This document shows positions 1 through 10,275 of a stretch of 64,000 nucleotides of DNA, one piece after another. A program made the position numbers and the translations under genes. The stretch covers positions 7,373 through 71,372 of the forward strand of contig DATMSM010000044.1 in assembly GCA_035565355.1 (NCBI GenBank), given 5' to 3'. This DNA comes from Rhodocyclaceae bacterium (GTDB taxonomy: Bacteria; Pseudomonadota; Gammaproteobacteria; Burkholderiales; Rhodocyclaceae). Every line of letters begins with the position of its first letter. Within the stretch, counting starts at the first letter, position 1. The notes below the pieces were generated by a model. It made no database searches. It was not told where the DNA came from and worked only from the letters and a program-made list of their open reading frames with translations.

Positions 1-1580
1 AGATTCCCGAGATTCTGCAGAACGCCGTTGTCTATTCGCTCGACATGGGCGCCCTCCTCGCCGGGACCAAGTATCGCGGCGATTTCGAGCAGCGCCTGAA
101 GGCCGTGCTGAAGCAGCTGGCCGACAATCCGGATGCGGTTCTTTTCATCGACGAGATCCACACCCTGATCGGCGCCGGCTCGGCATCAGGCGGCACGCTC
201 GACGCGTCCAACCTCTTGAAGCCCGCCCTGTCTTCGGGCGCCTTGAAGTGCATCGGCGCCACCACCTACAACGAATTCCGTGGCGTGTTCGAGAAGGATC
301 ACGCGCTCTCCCGGCGCTTCCAGAAGGTCGATATCAACGAGCCGTCGGTGGATGAGACCGTATCCATCCTGCGCGGCTTGAAGTCGCGCTTTGAGGAACA
401 CCACGGCGTCAAGTATTCGGCCGCCGCGATCTCCAGCGCCGCCGAGCTGTCGGCCAAGTACATCAACGACCGCCACTTGCCGGACAAGGCCATCGACGTC
501 ATCGACGAAGCCGGTGCTGCCCAGCGCATCCTGCCCAAGTCCAGGCAGAAGAAGCTGATCGGCAAGGGCGAGATCGAGGACATCGTCGCCAAGATCGCGC
601 GCATCCCGCCGCAGCATGTGTCGGCGGACGACCGCAGCGCACTCAAGAACCTCGACCGCGACCTCAAGAATGTCGTGTTCGGCCAGGACAAGGCGATCGA
701 TGCGCTGGCCAAGGCGATCAAGATGTCGCGCTCCGGTCTTGGCAACCCACAAAAGCCGATTGGTTCCTTCCTCTTTTCCGGCCCTACCGGTGTCGGCAAA
801 ACCGAAGTGGCACGCCAACTCGCCTATTGCATGGGTATCGAGCTGATCCGCTTCGACATGTCCGAGTACATGGAGCGTCACGCCGTGTCGCGCCTGATCG
901 GTGCGCCACCGGGCTATGTCGGTTTCGATCAGGGCGGCCTGCTTACGGAAGCCGTCACCAAGAAGCCGCACGCCGTGCTGCTGCTCGATGAAATCGAGAA
1001 GGCGCATCCGGACATCTTCAACATCCTGTTGCAGGTCATGGACCACGGCACGTTGACCGACAACAACGGGCGCAAGGCCGACTTCCGCAATGTGGTCATC
1101 ATCATGACCACCAACGCGGGCGCCGAAGCCCTGCAAAAGACCAGCATCGGCTTCACGACCAACAAGCAGGCCGGCGACGAAATGGGCGACATCAAGCGCC
1201 TGTTTACGCCCGAGTTCCGCAACCGTCTGGATGCCATCATTTCCTTCGCCGCGCTCAACGCGGAGATCATTCTGCGCGTGGTCGACAAGTTCCTGATGCA
1301 GCTGGAAGCGCAATTGCACGAGAAGAAGGTCGAAGCTATCTTCACCGATGCATTGCGTGCCTGGCTGGCCGAAAAGGGTTTCGATCCGCTCATGGGCGCT
1401 CGCCCGATGTCGCGTCTGATCCAGGACAGCATCCGCTCCGCCCTTGCCGACGAGTTGCTGTTCGGCAATCTGGTGCACGGCGGCAAGGTCACCATCGACC
1501 TCGACCAGGACAGCGAGGAGGAAGGCAAGATCAAGCTGACCATAGAGGAAAAGTCGGAGCCCGCTCACGCGGAACGCTGA
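1..1580 (+). CDS. clpA: ATP-dependent Clp protease ATP-binding subunit ClpA (5' end outside window)
   Basis: Frame 3 is open to the window edge (IPEILQNAVVYSLDMGALLAGTKYRGDFEQRL). It has a second AAA+ module with Walker A GPTGVGKTEVARQLA and Walker B LLLDEIEKAHPD. There is no ClpB-type long middle domain. Confidence 0.93.
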   Translation, partial: IPEILQNAVVYSLDMGALLAGTKYRGDFEQRLKAVLKQLADNPDAVLFIDEIHTLIGAGSASGGTLDASNLLKPALSSGALKCIGATTYNEFRGVFEKDHALSRRFQKVDINEPSVDETVSILRGLKSRFEEHHGVKYSAAAISSAAELSAKYINDRHLPDKAIDVIDEAGAAQRILPKSRQKKLIGKGEIEDIVAKIARIPPQHVSADDRSALKNLDRDLKNVVFGQDKAIDALAKAIKMSRSGLGNPQKPIGSFLFSGPTGVGKTEVARQLAYCMGIELIRFDMSEYMERHAVSRLIGAPPGYVGFDQGGLLTEAVTKKPHAVLLLDEIEKAHPDIFNILLQVMDHGTLTDNNGRKADFRNVVIIMTTNAGAEALQKTSIGFTTNKQAGDEMGDIKRLFTPEFRNRLDAIISFAALNAEIILRVVDKFLMQLEAQLHEKKVEAIFTDALRAWLAEKGFDPLMGARPMSRLIQDSIRSALADELLFGNLVHGGKVTIDLDQDSEEEGKIKLTIEEKSEPAHAER

Positions 1581-1603
1581 TGCCCGCTGCAGACTGCAAC
1601 TAG

Positions 1604-1630
1604 AAAAAGCCGCGCACTGCGCGGCTTTTT
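1604..1630. terminator. Bidirectional rho-independent terminator between clpA and the convergent sensor kinase
   Basis: Stem GCCGCGC / GCGCGGC (1609-1625), flanked by an A5 run upstream and a T5 run downstream. Confidence 0.7.
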
Positions 1631-1713
1631 CTTGTCTGACTCACCCTTCCGCTGCGCTGGCCTCCCCCTGCCACTGCCCCTCCGTACGGACAGGACATTC
1701 AGCGCGGCTGAAG

Positions 1714-4700
1714 CTAAGCCGCCCCTTTGCGATAAGCGGCAACTGCCACCAGCACGCTGGCGTAATCCTGCTGTACGGCTTCGCTCCAGTCCGCAGCCGG
1801 CAGGCGGCCCTGTCGGGCAGCGGTCTCGACGCCGCGCAAGCGGGCCACCAGGTGCGGACTGCTCAGTTGCGCAAACAGGCCGATCAGCAGATGACACTGG
1901 TCCGCGAAGCCGGTGCTGTCGCCGACGGCCAGCAGCGCCTGCAGGGTTTGCAACTGGGCCGGCGCATCCGCCAGCACCGCGTCGACGATGGCCTCAGCCA
2001 GGTGCGCATCACCGCCGCAGGTCTGCATCAAGGCCTGAACATCGAACAGCGCCTGCGCATCCGCCGCTGTGGGTGTCGGACCTGCCGGCAACACAGCGGC
2101 AGGCCTGAGCCAGTGCAGTATCTTGTAGCGTAGCTCGTCCAGCGCGACCGGCTTAGGCAGATAGTCATCCATGCCGGCCTGCAGGCAGCGCTCGCGGTCA
2201 CCGCTCAGGGCGTTTGCGGTCATGGCGATGACCGGGATATGGCGATTGGGCTCGCCAGCGATGCCGCTGCGGATCAGGCGGGTGGCGGCAAAACCGTCCA
2301 TGACTGGCATCTGGCAATCCATCAGCACCAGATCAAAGTGCTTGCGCGCAAGCAGGCGTACGGCTTCATCGCCATTGCCGACGGCCTCCGCCTGCAGGCC
2401 GATCCGGCCGAGCATCTGCAGCGCCACCTTCTGATTGATGAGCGCGTCATCGACAACCAGAATGCGCAAGTCGCTGGCAAGCATCTCGACGGGCACCGGC
2501 ACGTCACGCTGCTGCGGCAGCGCTTCCGGCAAAGGCAGGCATAGCCGGACAGTGAAGGTGGAGCCGACACCCAGCGCTGACTCGACCGTTACCCGCCCGT
2601 CCATGAGATCCACCAGGCCACGCGTAATGGACAGGCCCAGGCCGGTACCGCCAAAGCGCCGGGTGACCGAGGAGTCGCCCTGGTAGAACGGCGCGAACAG
2701 GCCGCTGACGACATCCGGTGCCATGCCCACGCCAGTGTCGCGCACGACGATATCAAAACAGGCACGGTGGGCGTCGACGCTCTCCACACTGACCTCGACG
2801 CTGATGCTGCCCTGCTCGGTGAACTTGATGGCATTGCCGAGCAGGTTGACCAGCACCTGGCGCAGACGCGCCGCATCGCCACTCAAGCAGTGCGGCAGCC
2901 GCGTATCGGTGTGCAAGCGCAGATCAATGCCGCGCGCGCGCGCCTGCGGCAGGAACATGCCCACCACGCCTGCCAGCAGCGGCCTCGGCTCGAAGGGCAG
3001 CATTTCGAGTTCCAGTTTGCCGGCTTCGACCTTGGAGAAGTCGAGAATATCGTTGATGATGATGAGCAGCGATTCGGCGCTGGAAACGATGATCTCCGCG
3101 TACTCCTGCTGTTCGGCGTTGAGCGAGGTGCCTTGCAGCAGCTGGGCCATGCCGATCACGCCGTTCATGGGTGTGCGGATTTCATGGCTCATGGTTGCCA
3201 GGAAGGTGCTCTTGGCTCGGCTCGCCTGCTCCGCCACTTCCTTGGCCTGCAGCAGCGAGGCCTCCGCTTCCTTGAGGCGACTGATATCAAGCGCAATGCC
3301 CAGGTAGCCGGTGATCTGGCCATCGATGGCGCGCATGGTGGTCACCGACAGGGACACCCGACACTGCGAGCCGTCCTTGCGGATATAGCTCCACTCGCGC
3401 TGCTCCGAGCCGTGCACGCGCGGCAGTTCGGTGAGGGTACGGAAGCCCTGCACCGGATAAGCCAGTTGTGTGCTCAGCTCCTGCCCGCGTTGCTGCAGCT
3501 CCTGCGCATCATGAAAGGCGACCGGCGTCATGCGTCCGACCATCTCCTCGGCGCTGAAGCCCAGCAGACGTTCGGCACCGCGATTGAAGACCACGATCAA
3601 ACCTTCGGTGTCCGTGGCCACAATCGACACCTCTGAGGCCGCATCAAGCAAGGCCTGATAACGCTGATTGAGCTCAAGCACGGCATTCTCGGCTTCATGC
3701 CGCTCGGTGATGTCATGCACGACACAATAAAGCAGCGCCCGCCCGTCGAGACTCAGCGGGCCCACGTGCATCTCGACATCGCGCAACTGCCCGCTCTTCA
3801 GTTGGTGCTGCTGGAACACATGTCTGCGCTCTCCAGCGACGGCAGCATGCAAGATCTCATCCAGTGCCGCTGGGTCGGTATTGGCGATCGTCGCCAGCGA
3901 CAGGCCGCGCATGTCCACCGCCGCAATGCCGTAGTAGCGCACCGCAGCCTCATTGGCTTCGACGATGCTAGCGTCGGCCGGATCGACAAGCAGGGCGGTG
4001 ACGCCGGAATGACTGAAGATGGAACGGTAGCGTTCTTCGCTAGAGCGAAGCGATGCGGTCAGACGGTCGGCGATACGATGTGCGCGCTGCCGCGTATTGA
4101 CGAAGGCCCAGGTCATGCCGAACAACAGCAGGCAGATGGTCACCATGGAACCCAGCGCCACCCAGGCCGTGTCGGCGCGCAGGCGGTTGCCGTAGCCAGG
4201 CAAGGCGGTATAGCGCAGTGTCCAGACACGCCCCGCCAGCGCCAGGCGCGTGGTCTGATGCAGGGTTTCACCGCTGACCGGACGCGCCTGCAGGTGCAGG
4301 CTGTCGTAGAGCAAGGCGTCGGCAGAGGCGCTGTCGCCATCGAAGATTTCAAGGCGAACATCCTGAAGCTGCTGGCTGAGCAGCGACTCCATCAGCTCGT
4401 TGACGCGGAAGGCGAGAAAGATCCAGCCGCTCAGCGCCCGGCGCCTGTCCTCGACCGAATGCAGGCTTACATTGCTGCCATACACAGGGTAGAACACCAG
4501 GACGCTGGCAGCCGCCATCGCCCCGCCGTCGCCGAGCACTTGTGTCTTGCCGGAGAAGGCCGGCTCACCGGTATCGCGCGCGCGCTCCATCGGCCGCTTC
4601 AACACGGCGTCGGTCAGCATGTCGTGGCCGAAGATGCGGCGTGCCTCCTCGGAAAAAGGCTCCAGGAAATGCACGCTGCTGTAGTCCTTGCGTAGTTGGG

Positions 4701-5163
4701 GCGGCCTGAGATCAAAATCGCCGTAGCCCTCGCTCCGCACTTCGTCCACATAGGCGTCACGCCCATCGGCGGGTATCCGGCGGACGTAGGCCATGCCCTG
4801 CACGCCGCGCGGATTTTCCGCCAGATTCAGTTCCCACACATAGTGACGCCAGGCGCTGCGGCTCACTTGCTCGTTGGCGGCAAACAGGCCGGCGGCGCCG
4901 CGCAGCATGTGTTCGTTGCTGTCCATACGCTCGCTGATACGGGCACTGATCAGGGCGATGTCGGCGTTGAACTGATCGAAACGAGCACGATCGATGCGCG
5001 CATCAATGGCCTGCCAGAGCAGGCCCATGGCCAGCGCACAAATGACAAACGCCGCCAGCGGCGCCCAATGGCGACGCCTCACGGAGAAAGGCTCGGCCAC
5101 GGCAAGCTGCTCACGGCCACTTTGCGCGTGGCCGGGTTCGACGTCTGGCCTAAAGGTCTTCAT
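1714..5163 (-). CDS. Hybrid sensor histidine kinase (CHASE - TM - PAS repeats - HisKA - HATPase - REC - Hpt)
   Basis: H-box SHEIRTPMNGV, G-box DTGVGM...GGTGLGLSI, receiver LVLMDCQMPVMDG...KP, and a C-terminal helical Hpt-like tail. The N-terminal periplasmic region looks CHASE-like, followed by PAS segments. Start set at MKTFRPD (5163) rather than the upstream ORF-track Met. Confidence 0.88.
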   Translation of the reverse strand: MKTFRPDVEPGHAQSGREQLAVAEPFSVRRRHWAPLAAFVICALAMGLLWQAIDARIDRARFDQFNADIALISARISERMDSNEHMLRGAAGLFAANEQVSRSAWRHYVWELNLAENPRGVQGMAYVRRIPADGRDAYVDEVRSEGYGDFDLRPPQLRKDYSSVHFLEPFSEEARRIFGHDMLTDAVLKRPMERARDTGEPAFSGKTQVLGDGGAMAAASVLVFYPVYGSNVSLHSVEDRRRALSGWIFLAFRVNELMESLLSQQLQDVRLEIFDGDSASADALLYDSLHLQARPVSGETLHQTTRLALAGRVWTLRYTALPGYGNRLRADTAWVALGSMVTICLLLFGMTWAFVNTRQRAHRIADRLTASLRSSEERYRSIFSHSGVTALLVDPADASIVEANEAAVRYYGIAAVDMRGLSLATIANTDPAALDEILHAAVAGERRHVFQQHQLKSGQLRDVEMHVGPLSLDGRALLYCVVHDITERHEAENAVLELNQRYQALLDAASEVSIVATDTEGLIVVFNRGAERLLGFSAEEMVGRMTPVAFHDAQELQQRGQELSTQLAYPVQGFRTLTELPRVHGSEQREWSYIRKDGSQCRVSLSVTTMRAIDGQITGYLGIALDISRLKEAEASLLQAKEVAEQASRAKSTFLATMSHEIRTPMNGVIGMAQLLQGTSLNAEQQEYAEIIVSSAESLLIIINDILDFSKVEAGKLELEMLPFEPRPLLAGVVGMFLPQARARGIDLRLHTDTRLPHCLSGDAARLRQVLVNLLGNAIKFTEQGSISVEVSVESVDAHRACFDIVVRDTGVGMAPDVVSGLFAPFYQGDSSVTRRFGGTGLGLSITRGLVDLMDGRVTVESALGVGSTFTVRLCLPLPEALPQQRDVPVPVEMLASDLRILVVDDALINQKVALQMLGRIGLQAEAVGNGDEAVRLLARKHFDLVLMDCQMPVMDGFAATRLIRSGIAGEPNRHIPVIAMTANALSGDRERCLQAGMDDYLPKPVALDELRYKILHWLRPAAVLPAGPTPTAADAQALFDVQALMQTCGGDAHLAEAIVDAVLADAPAQLQTLQALLAVGDSTGFADQCHLLIGLFAQLSSPHLVARLRGVETAARQGRLPAADWSEAVQQDYASVLVAVAAYRKGAA

Positions 5164-5252
5164 GCCGATATCGTACCCATATTCGCGCGGCAGCGGCCGG
5201 GGCTGGGCGATAATGCACGTCGTAGCAACCCGCATCCCGATATGATTCAGGC

Positions 5253-6731
5253 ATGGAAATCGAATTCAAACTCAGCTGCACGCCCGATACCGCACAGGCA
5301 TTGGGCCGGCACCTGACCCGGCTGACCGGTGCCGCGCCGCACAAGCTGCAACTGCAGAACACCTATTACGACACCCCGAATCAGGACCTGCGGGCGCAGG
5401 GCATAGCCCTACGCATCCGCAAACAGGGCCGCCTCAAACTACAGACGGTCAAGTGCGCCGGCATCGTCAGCGGCGGGCTCAGCAGCCGGCCGGAGTGGGA
5501 AACTCCCTATAGCGGCCGCTTCGACTTCAATGCCGTCGATGTCGCCGAGGTACGCGATACGCTCGAAACCCTGGCGCACCTGCCAGGTTACCGCGCCACG
5601 CTGGACACCGACTTCAGCCGCCATGTCTGGCATTGGCGCCCAGAGGCAGACACCGATATCGAGATTGTCATCGATCGCGGCCGTATCGTCGCCGGCGCGC
5701 GCGAGGAAGCCATCTGCGAGATTGAGCTTGAGCTTGTCAGCGGCGAGCCCGCGCGACTGCTGGATCTGGTCGCTCTGCTGGGTACCGTGGCGCCGCTGTT
5801 TCCCGCGCCGCTGTCCAAGGCCACGCGCGGCAGCCGCCTGCTCTCCACTCCGCCCCCGCCCGCCCCTGTAACGGCAAGCCATGCGCAGCACTGTCACGCT
5901 GCCTTCAATGCGCTGGCTCAGGCCTGCCTCGACCATATCAGCATCAACCTGCCTGCCAACTGCACCTATTTCTCCGACGACAACCTGCACCAGGTACGCG
6001 TCGGGCTGCGCCATCTGCGCGCCCTGCTGCAGATGTTCCGCCCCCTGATGCGGGACGGCTGGCCGCGCAAGGCCATCGCAGATGGCGCGCGCCACCACAT
6101 GCAGGCCCTGGCTCACTCACGCGAGCTGCATGTGCTCCTGCATGAAGTCGTGACGCCGGCTGCAAACACGCTGGAGCCGCGTGCCGAACAGGCCTTGCGC
6201 AAGCAGCTCGACGCCATGCACAAGCGCGCCTTCGCCGCGGCCGAAACGCATCTGCTGACACAGACGTTTTCGACCTGGCTGCTGCATACCAGCCTGGCCC
6301 TGTACGCCCGCCCCCTGCGTCACAAGGCCGGTGCCCAGGCCTGGTCCCCCCAGGCACACGCGCTGGTCAGCAAGCGACTCACCGCCTATAACAAGCGGCT
6401 GAAACGCACCCAGCCCCGGCCCACGTCTCTGCACGCGCTACGCAAGCACGGCAAGCATCTGCGCTACCAGTTGGCGGTAAGCGCGCTGCATCCCGCTGCC
6501 GGCAAGGCCCTCGCACAACTGCAGGAAACCCTGGGCGGGCTCAACGATCTGCATGTCGCGGGTGACATCTTCGGACGCCTGCCGGCCACCCATGCGGATA
6601 GCATTGCGGACATCGCAAAATACCACCTGCCCCGCCATACCAAACTGCAGCTGCGCGCGGCAGACCAGCTCAAGCAACTGCGGCGCACATTGCACAAGCT
6701 GCCAGCCAAATCCGGGAAAAACCGCATATGA
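5253..6731 (+). CDS. CYTH (triphosphate tunnel) plus CHAD domain protein
   Basis: N-terminal MEIEFKL...EIELEL strand pattern is typical of CYTH. The long helical His/Arg-rich C-terminal half is typical of CHAD. Confidence 0.75.
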   Translation: MEIEFKLSCTPDTAQALGRHLTRLTGAAPHKLQLQNTYYDTPNQDLRAQGIALRIRKQGRLKLQTVKCAGIVSGGLSSRPEWETPYSGRFDFNAVDVAEVRDTLETLAHLPGYRATLDTDFSRHVWHWRPEADTDIEIVIDRGRIVAGAREEAICEIELELVSGEPARLLDLVALLGTVAPLFPAPLSKATRGSRLLSTPPPPAPVTASHAQHCHAAFNALAQACLDHISINLPANCTYFSDDNLHQVRVGLRHLRALLQMFRPLMRDGWPRKAIADGARHHMQALAHSRELHVLLHEVVTPAANTLEPRAEQALRKQLDAMHKRAFAAAETHLLTQTFSTWLLHTSLALYARPLRHKAGAQAWSPQAHALVSKRLTAYNKRLKRTQPRPTSLHALRKHGKHLRYQLAVSALHPAAGKALAQLQETLGGLNDLHVAGDIFGRLPATHADSIADIAKYHLPRHTKLQLRAADQLKQLRRTLHKLPAKSGKNRI

Positions 6732-7183
6732 ATCTGATCCTGTGGCGCCACGCCGAAGCAGAGGACATCGCGCCGGACCATAGCGACGTCAACCGACGCC
6801 TTACCGATCGAGGTCACAAGCAGGCGCAGAAAATGGGTGCCTGGCTGGACCAGCAGTTGCCTGCCGAGACGCGCATTCTGGTCAGCCCGGCACAGCGCAC
6901 GCGCCAGACCGCCGAGGCGCTCGGGCGCAAGTTCGAAATCGAGCCGCGCCTGTTTACCGATGCCGACGTCGGCCGCTACCTGGAAGCATCGGCCTGGGGC
7001 AGCAGCGATGAAACCCGGCTTCTGGTCGGCCACCAACCCACGCTGGGCCAACTGGCGGCCCTGCTCATGTGCGGCCAGCCGCTGCCGTGGTCGGTCAAAA
7101 AAGGTGCCATCTGGTGGCTGGCCTACGAAGGCACGCGCCAGCCGGCGCGCCTCATCTGCATGCTCGACAGCAAAACCCTCTGA
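6728..7183 (+). CDS. sixA: Phosphohistidine phosphatase SixA
   Basis: MNLILWRHAEAE...RRLTDRGHKQA is the RHG phosphatase motif. Size is about 150 aa. ATGA start/stop overlap with the preceding gene. Confidence 0.8.
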   Translation: MNLILWRHAEAEDIAPDHSDVNRRLTDRGHKQAQKMGAWLDQQLPAETRILVSPAQRTRQTAEALGRKFEIEPRLFTDADVGRYLEASAWGSSDETRLLVGHQPTLGQLAALLMCGQPLPWSVKKGAIWWLAYEGTRQPARLICMLDSKTL

Positions 7184-7191
7184 CACACTTT

Positions 7192-7857
7192 ATGCGCGAT
7201 ACCCTCATCTTCGATTTCGACGGCACTCTGATCGACTCGGCCCCCGGCATCCTCGCCACCTATGCCGAAGTGCTCTCCGCCGCCGGCATCACCCCGGCCG
7301 TGCCGCTGGATCAACACCTCATCGGCCCGCCGCTGCAACCCACCATGGAAAGACTGGTCGGTAATCGGCGCGATGACACCGCATTGCTGCAAGCCTTAGT
7401 TGAAGATTTCAAGCAGCGCTACGCCACCACCGGCGTCGCCCACACACCGGCCTACCCGGGGGCGGATGACACCCTGCGCATCCTGCGGGAACAGGGTTAC
7501 ACCTTGTACTTGGCAACCAATAAACGCGCCGAGCCAACGCTCGCCCTGCTAGAAAAGTTTCGCTGGCAAGCGCATTTTCAGCGGGTGTATTGCATAGACT
7601 CGCCGCAACCACCCTTCGCTGACAAGACGGCAATGCTGCAGCAACTATTACTGGAGAATGATTTGACTTCAGAACAGTGTCTGTATTTAGGTGATACTCG
7701 CGGCGACTATCTGTCGGCCACCGCCTGTAACATCGCCTTTGCGGCAGCGCTTTGGGGTTATGGCGATTGGCAAGATGCTCATGAAGCATCGGAGTTCATA
7801 CGAGGCCGGTACGAGCAGTTGTCCGACTTTTGCACCGCCCTAGGAAAAAAACAGTAG
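7192..7857 (+). CDS. HAD-family hydrolase (phosphoglycolate phosphatase-like)
   Basis: Motif I FDFDGTLIDS sits directly after the Met at 7192. The upstream ORF-track extension overlaps sixA and was not used. Confidence 0.8.
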   Translation: MRDTLIFDFDGTLIDSAPGILATYAEVLSAAGITPAVPLDQHLIGPPLQPTMERLVGNRRDDTALLQALVEDFKQRYATTGVAHTPAYPGADDTLRILREQGYTLYLATNKRAEPTLALLEKFRWQAHFQRVYCIDSPQPPFADKTAMLQQLLLENDLTSEQCLYLGDTRGDYLSATACNIAFAAALWGYGDWQDAHEASEFIRGRYEQLSDFCTALGKKQ

Positions 7858-7889
7858 TAACAGGACAATCGCTTCTCCGCCAACGTACA

Positions 7890-8834
7890 TCAGTCGAAAT
7901 TGATTCTTTCCTGCTCAACCACGATCGGGCGCTTTTGCAGGTAGGTATGGATGGAGCCGACGTACTCGCCAAGAATGCCTATGAAAACCATTAGTACGCC
8001 GAACATGAAGAACATCCCGATCATGAGCGGCGCAATGCCCATAGGGAAGCGCTCCCAGAACAAAATCTTCGCCACTAGAAAAACCAGCGCCGCGAACAGG
8101 CTGAGCCCGCCGATCGCGAACCCGGCAAACGCCGCAAGCCGGATGGGCACCTTCGAATGGCTAATAATGCCTAGCATAGCGATGTCATATAAAGTGTAGA
8201 AGTTATTCTTCGAGATGCCACGTAAACGACGCGGTTGCTCGAACGGCACAGTTTTGATCTCATATCCCAACTCGCAGATAAGGCCGCGTACGAAAGGGTA
8301 AGGGTCGTCAATGGCGCGCAAATGATCGAGCACCTCTCGGTCATACAAGCCAAAGCCGGTAGAGTCGGCAACTAGCCGAATATCGGCAATTCGATTGAGA
8401 GAGCGGTAGTAGCTCTTGCGTATTGCATGTACCCAGGCGAACCCCCCCTGGGCTACCGGCTTTGTCGCCATGACGAGCTTATAGCCCTCCTCCCAGTGTT
8501 TGATGAACTGGGGAATCATCTCGGGCGGGTCTTGCAAGTCCGAAGCGAGATAAACGGTCGCCATGCCACGTGATTGCAAAACGCCGTAGTAAGGTGACCG
8601 GATATGACCGAAGTTACGGACATTCACAATGACCTTGACCATCGGATCAATGGCCGCCAAGCGCCTCAGCTTTTCGACGGTTCCATCCTGCGAATGATTG
8701 TCGATGAAAATGAGTTCGAAATCGTAATCGCAGACATTGAGGATCGCTGCCTTAATGCGGGTATACAGCTCGCCGACATTGTCTTCTTCGTTGTAGCATG
8801 GAGTAACGATGCTCAAAAGTTTGCGTTCAGTCAT
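7890..8834 (-). CDS. Family 2 glycosyltransferase, polyprenyl-phosphate sugar transferase type (GtrB/ArnC/CsbB-like)
   Basis: LSIVTPCYNEEDN and DNHSQDGT motifs, plus two C-terminal TM helices (LAAFAGFAIGGLSLFAALVFLVA and LMIGMFFMFGVLMVFIGILGEY), as in GtrB/ArnC. Confidence 0.85.
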   Translation of the reverse strand: MTERKLLSIVTPCYNEEDNVGELYTRIKAAILNVCDYDFELIFIDNHSQDGTVEKLRRLAAIDPMVKVIVNVRNFGHIRSPYYGVLQSRGMATVYLASDLQDPPEMIPQFIKHWEEGYKLVMATKPVAQGGFAWVHAIRKSYYRSLNRIADIRLVADSTGFGLYDREVLDHLRAIDDPYPFVRGLICELGYEIKTVPFEQPRRLRGISKNNFYTLYDIAMLGIISHSKVPIRLAAFAGFAIGGLSLFAALVFLVAKILFWERFPMGIAPLMIGMFFMFGVLMVFIGILGEYVGSIHTYLQKRPIVVEQERINFD

Positions 8835-9289
8835 GTCCGATCAGCTCCTCCGCCTTTGAAGGTAAATCTCTTATGCGCAAAATACGATACGCCTACGGTA
8901 ATAAGTATCGTCAAAGCCTGGGCCAGCCATACGCTCTGGCGTAAACCGTCAACCAGCGCCGTAAACAAGGCGATGCTCACGATGGACATGCCACCATAGG
9001 CAACATAGCAGCGGAGATACTCGCGCAGCCAGTTTCCGTGAGTCCGAAAGACGAAAAGCTTGTATGTCAGGAACGACATCGAGATCGCAAGCACATTGGC
9101 AATCAATGCGACCTCCCACGTTGCCAACTGCGGTGAGAGCTTAGCGTAAAGGAAAACGACGATGCCATATGCGAACGCGGTGTTCCACGCACCTGCAATT
9201 AGGTAGCGAACCGGCTGCCGCTGACTTGTGATTCCCAAGAGAATCGCCCCAATTTGCCTTATCCCTGCACAAAGCTTAGCGCGCCGCAT
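8831..9289 (-). CDS. GtrA-family small membrane protein (lipid-linked sugar translocase-like)
   Basis: About 150 aa with 4 TM segments. YLIAGAWNTAFAYGIVVFLY and a C-terminal FAHKRFTFK motif are typical of GtrA. Stop overlaps the GT2 start. The start is uncertain (9289 or 9322). Confidence 0.7.
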   Translation of the reverse strand: MRRAKLCAGIRQIGAILLGITSQRQPVRYLIAGAWNTAFAYGIVVFLYAKLSPQLATWEVALIANVLAISMSFLTYKLFVFRTHGNWLREYLRCYVAYGGMSIVSIALFTALVDGLRQSVWLAQALTILITVGVSYFAHKRFTFKGGGADRT

Positions 9290-10250
9290 CGGATAGTCCG
9301 GCCATTGTCCGGATGGCGTCATCCAGCGTATAGGAAAGAGTTAATTCCAGCTCGGCACGGGCTTTCGCAATTGAGGGCACATACCGATTGCGAAAGCTCT
9401 GCGCGGCAGGGTCAGGCGTTGCGGCAATCCGAACATCTTTTCCCGGAGCGACCAAATCGCGGACGAGATATGCGAGTTCTCGGATAGAAATGGCAGCGTC
9501 AGACCCAACGTTGTATGCCTGGCCCGCCCGTCCCCTGGACAGCAAAGCGTACAACCAATGAGCGAGGTCTCTTTGATCCATATATGAACGTATGGGCATG
9601 CCATCCCCATTGACAAGAATCTCTGGCGCCCCCAAGGCATCACGGACGAAATTCCCAATAGCAAAATGCACATCTTGAGGAAGGTCAGGCCCTGCAAAAG
9701 CAAAGCAACGCGCAATGACCGGCTCTAAATCGTGCTGGCTCTGGTAGAGCGCGCATAGGTGCTCTGCGCAACGTTTGGCGACGCTGTAAGCATGCTGGGC
9801 ATCAAGTGGATCCGGCATGCCGTTGTAGCTTTCGGGAATCTGCTCCATTTCCGGCGGCTGTGGGCCATACGCCCCCCCGGAACTCGTAAGGAGGAAGCGT
9901 CGGATACCACGAGACACGGCGTAGTCCAGCATATGGCGCGTGCCGTCCGCAATCTGCGTATAACGCTGCAATGACGTCAGGTTCGGCCCTAGCGTGGAAT
10001 CGGTAGCAGCGTGCAGAAGATGGGTGTAGCCGCTATCGCGGGGCAGCGTTTGCGGATCAAGAATGTCCCCCCGGTGGAAGCGCAGCCATGCATGCCCGGC
10101 GAACTCGGGGTGGCGCTCCAGAAAGACTTGCGGGGAGCGACTCAGCACCGTGACCGAGGGCGTCGCCATTCCGTGCTCGGCCAGCCCGCACCAGTGGCGT
10201 AACAAGGCCTTGCCGAAAAACCCCGTCCCTCCCGTCAATAGCAGCTTCAT
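9276..10250 (-). CDS. NAD-dependent epimerase/dehydratase-family SDR (candidate sugar ketoreductase/epimerase)
   Basis: MKLLLTGGTGFFGKALL Rossmann motif at the N-terminus and the YSVAKRCAE catalytic YxxxK. Start taken at 10250. Confidence 0.85.
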   Translation of the reverse strand: MKLLLTGGTGFFGKALLRHWCGLAEHGMATPSVTVLSRSPQVFLERHPEFAGHAWLRFHRGDILDPQTLPRDSGYTHLLHAATDSTLGPNLTSLQRYTQIADGTRHMLDYAVSRGIRRFLLTSSGGAYGPQPPEMEQIPESYNGMPDPLDAQHAYSVAKRCAEHLCALYQSQHDLEPVIARCFAFAGPDLPQDVHFAIGNFVRDALGAPEILVNGDGMPIRSYMDQRDLAHWLYALLSRGRAGQAYNVGSDAAISIRELAYLVRDLVAPGKDVRIAATPDPAAQSFRNRYVPSIAKARAELELTLSYTLDDAIRTMAGLSDAAR

Positions 10251-10275
10251 AGTCAGTGACGTCTCCGCGCTCATG

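Noticed and set aside
186-1568. 460-aa ORF antisense to clpA, plus many similar long antisense or out-of-frame ORFs (for example 33657-35678 opposite pheT, 35603-36757 opposite pheS, 52251-53306 opposite cysN, 58734-60119 opposite the GspE gene, 61335-62735 opposite the flagellin gene)
   Set aside because: These are typical shadow ORFs of GC-rich DNA. Their translations are Arg/Ala/Gly/His-rich low-complexity strings with no motifs, whereas the opposite strand encodes unmistakable conserved proteins.
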